The translations under genes were made by a program, and so were the position numbers. A DNA stretch of 64,000 nucleotides from an uncultured Campylobacter sp. (GTDB lineage Bacteria; Campylobacterota; Campylobacteria; Campylobacterales; Campylobacteraceae): the NCBI RefSeq assembly GCF_937981295.1, contig NZ_CALJPC010000095.1, positions 10,478 through 74,477 of the forward strand, in the 5' to 3' direction. Positions 61,365 through 64,000 of the stretch are shown here, piece by piece; position 1 is the first letter of the stretch, and each line of letters starts with the position of its first letter. The notes under the pieces were generated by a model. It was given only the letters and a program-made list of their open reading frames with translations. It had not been told where the DNA came from and made no database searches.

Positions 61365-61639
61365 GATAAATCGCGAGCGACCGATCGTTAAACCGAGCGA
61401 GAATTTATAAAATTTATCGACTCAAAACGACTTGTAAATTTCCACGCGGGCTAAATTTTCCGTACCGATTTAAGAGCCAAACGCATAAGCCGCGCAACGC
61501 ATCCATTTCCACGCCCAGCTACACAGCGCATCTGTGCCGCTAAGCCTACGATCCCGCGCGCTTTGTCTGCATATCTGTGTATCGCCAGAACCGTATGCAG
61601 CAACCGCCTCTACCATATTCCACTGCGCCGCCGCCCACC

Positions 61640-63025
61640 TCATTCGCTCCAAATTTTGCGGTTCAAATTTAGCTCGCTCACGATATCAACAAGCGCGCCG
61701 ATCTCATCTACGTAAAGCGCTATCGTGGCGTCCTGCTTTAGCGAGCAGTCGATTCTAGGCTCGAAATTATCGCGCCAGGTCTCGATCGCCACGTAAATTT
61801 TATCCTCCCTTAGCACCGCGTTTATCTGCGAGCCCAGCCTTAGATAAACCTCCGTCAGTCGCTGCATCAAAAGCGGCGTAAGAGCGTATCTGGCACCCAC
61901 CTGATCGGTCGTATAGACGTCAAAAAACTCCTCAAATTTCACATCGTCCATATTCGCTCGCTGCCCGTATCTGCGCAGATTTCGCGAGTTTTTGTGGCAC
62001 ACCCGCACCTCGCAGTTAAGCCTTTTGTGAAAGTCCGCGACGAAAAGCACTCCTTGAAATTTTACATCGGTGCGAGTGCCGTTTTTGGTGCGCACCTTTT
62101 CGGCGGCGTAAAAGTCGCTAAACCTCACTGGCACGCCCTGCACCTCCCCGCTCATCATATCCTCGCTCGATTGCTCGTTTATATAGCAGTCGTAAATTTC
62201 AAAAAACTCATCCGCTGTAAGCCCGCCGCTTTCGTCGTAGCTAAGCCCGAAGCTTTTTGCGATGCTCGCGACGATCCTGCTTTTAAAATTTGATCTGAAA
62301 TTCCGTCTTTTGCTCGCCGTCAAAAGAGCGCCTACTATGCCATAAACGGAGATACCGAAAAATACGCCGACCGCCACTTCGCCCCAAAAGCGCGCCACTA
62401 GTGCGCCCACGCAGGTCCCTACGATAGCGGCGATGATGTTGGCCTTTTTCACCGCTTTTTTCAGCGCCGCGCGCTCATCCTCCAGGCTCTGCAGATCGGC
62501 TAGAAAGTTAAATTTTGACTGGGTCTCGCCGTCTTTCTCGCCCCTGCCTTCTCTTTCGGCAGCTTTGGGCTCAAACCTCTCGTAAATAGCGCTCTCGCGG
62601 CTATCACTGCTTTCGTAGCTACCGCCCTCGCCCGCTTCAGCTTTTAATACCCGCCCCTCGTTTGTATCGGTACTTAAAATTTGCCCATCTTGCGCCGCGC
62701 CCTGCCCTAGCGCGCCTGTATTTTGCGTCGTATCAAAGCCACTAAATTTATCAAAATTTGCGCGCTGCGTGCCGCCGTTTTTGCCAAAACTTAGGCTGTA
62801 AAATAGGCGGTAGAGCAGCCCGTTTAAGAGGGGAAAGATTATGAAAAGCGCGATTATAAGCCAGTTTGTATCAAACGAGACGAGCTCTGCCCTGGTATTC
62901 AAAAACACGTAAAGTCCGAGTAGCAGCAGGGTTATCAAAAATGAGACGAGCTTACTAATGCGCGAGAGCTTTTCGCGCCGTTTTTCAAGCAGGTAAAGCT
63001 CCTCTAAATCGCCGTTTCTATCCAT
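61640..63025 (-). CDS. DUF3137-domain membrane protein with extra N-terminal TM region
   Basis: EDMMSG, FQGVLF.ADF.K, MDDVKFEEFFDVYTTDQVGARYALTP.LMQRL; start inferred. Confidence 0.8.
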   Translation of the reverse strand: MDRNGDLEELYLLEKRREKLSRISKLVSFLITLLLLGLYVFLNTRAELVSFDTNWLIIALFIIFPLLNGLLYRLFYSLSFGKNGGTQRANFDKFSGFDTTQNTGALGQGAAQDGQILSTDTNEGRVLKAEAGEGGSYESSDSRESAIYERFEPKAAEREGRGEKDGETQSKFNFLADLQSLEDERAALKKAVKKANIIAAIVGTCVGALVARFWGEVAVGVFFGISVYGIVGALLTASKRRNFRSNFKSRIVASIAKSFGLSYDESGGLTADEFFEIYDCYINEQSSEDMMSGEVQGVPVRFSDFYAAEKVRTKNGTRTDVKFQGVLFVADFHKRLNCEVRVCHKNSRNLRRYGQRANMDDVKFEEFFDVYTTDQVGARYALTPLLMQRLTEVYLRLGSQINAVLREDKIYVAIETWRDNFEPRIDCSLKQDATIALYVDEIGALVDIVSELNLNRKIWSE

Positions 63026-63224
63026 AATCCGCCTTCTGTAGCGCATTTAAGCGCCGGTTCATTTGTCGCGCAAATGTTTAAATTTAACCGCGCACCGCCG
63101 CCTGATCGCCGCTAAATTTAGCGCAAAACTCGCGCCCTGCCGCAAAATTTTAAAATTTACTGCGCCTGTCTTAGATTTAGCCGTTATAAATTTTAAATTT
63201 CGTCCTTGCCGCGCCGCAGCTTGC

Positions 63225-64000
63225 TTAATGCGGACAAATCTTTAGCGCCCCTTTCAGCCGCCCTAGCCCATCTTTTAGCAGCGCCCTAGAGGTCGCGATA
63301 TTTAGGCGCAAAAATTTCTCGCCGCCCTTGCCGTATTGCGCGCCGCAGGAGAGATACAGCCCCGTTTTTTCGCGGATGAAGCGCGCAAGCTCCGCGCTAT
63401 CCTGCGTGTAAGCGCCCGCATCAAGCCACATCAGATAGGTCGCGTCTTGCGGCACGACATGCACCTGCGGAAGCTCACGCGCAATAAATTCCGCCGCGAA
63501 TTTACGATTTTCGCTGAGGTATTCGCGCAGCGCGTCCAACCACGGCGCACCCTTCGTAAATGCGGCGATCGCTCCTTGGACGCCAAAAAAATTCGGCTCG
63601 GCGATGTCGTCGGAATTTAGCGCCTTTGAAATTTTATGACGCAAGCGCTTATCTGCTGCAAAGACCGCCGCACTTTGCAGCCCCGCGATGTTAAACGCCT
63701 TGGTTGGCGCGATTATGGAGGCTGAAATTTTCTCGCACGTCTCGCTCGCGGCAGCAAATGGCGTGTAACGCACGCCGGGCTCAGTCAGATCGCAATGCAC
63801 CTCATCGCTAAGCACCGTCACGCCGTGCTTTTCGCACAGCTCGCCGATACGGGTAAGATCGTCTCTGCTAAAGGTGCGGCCGACCGGATTGTGCGGATTG
63901 CAAAGGATAAAAAGCGTCGTCTGCGGATCGGCGAGCTTAGCCTGTAAATCCTCCCAATCAATGCTATAATCGCCGTTAGCGTAGGCAAGCTCGTTTTGCA
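63225..64000 (-). CDS. MalY/PatB family PLP C-S lyase, 3' part (runs in from right edge)
   Basis: LCNPHNPVG, VLSDEVHCD, APTKAFNIAG, ATYLMWLD, FLRLNIA. Confidence 0.92.
   Translation of the reverse strand, partial: QNELAYANGDYSIDWEDLQAKLADPQTTLFILCNPHNPVGRTFSRDDLTRIGELCEKHGVTVLSDEVHCDLTEPGVRYTPFAAASETCEKISASIIAPTKAFNIAGLQSAAVFAADKRLRHKISKALNSDDIAEPNFFGVQGAIAAFTKGAPWLDALREYLSENRKFAAEFIARELPQVHVVPQDATYLMWLDAGAYTQDSAELARFIREKTGLYLSCGAQYGKGGEKFLRLNIATSRALLKDGLGRLKGALKICPH

Noticed and set aside
2837..63620. Numerous antisense and alternate-frame ORFs of 60-250 aa (e.g. 2837-3376, 45262-45918, 56389-57141)
   Set aside because: Shadows of well-supported genes; no motifs or RBS.
1..64000. CRISPR array, IS element, prophage, rRNA
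   Set aside because: No regularly spaced repeats, transposase, phage genes or rRNA signatures found by eye.

Overview
Chromosomal segment of an epsilonproteobacterium, most consistent with a moderately GC-rich Campylobacter (C. gracilis-like; inferred from gene content, synteny and sequence style, not from a database hit). It is mostly housekeeping: the murE(3')-panD-ybaB-ispA-tkt cluster, the S10/spc ribosomal protein block rpsJ..rplO-secY-map (no rpmD), dapF, coaE, purM, rsmA-rnj-kdsD-rluB-ybaK, hisF, rlmN, purB, a polar amino acid (CjaA-like) ABC transporter, tRNA-Ser(CGA) and a CAT-anticodon tRNA. The main accessory element is a 9-kb AT-rich type I restriction-modification operon (30111-39059): half-hsdS, hsdM, rhuM, hsdS, DUF4917/SIR2-like gene, hsdR and a YgjP/M48-like gene. 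Its promoter is flanked by two palindromic 20-mers, and the inserted genes sit as ATGA-bounded cassettes. Other notable signals are intergenic filler and in-frame protein insertions rich in RAATTY (the methylated transformation motif of C. jejuni), a candidate structured RNA between rpsH and rplF, a small wHTH gene with a perfect operator-like inverted repeat followed by two unannotated small membrane ORFs, and two broken immunity-like genes. No CRISPR array, IS element, prophage or rRNA was seen.
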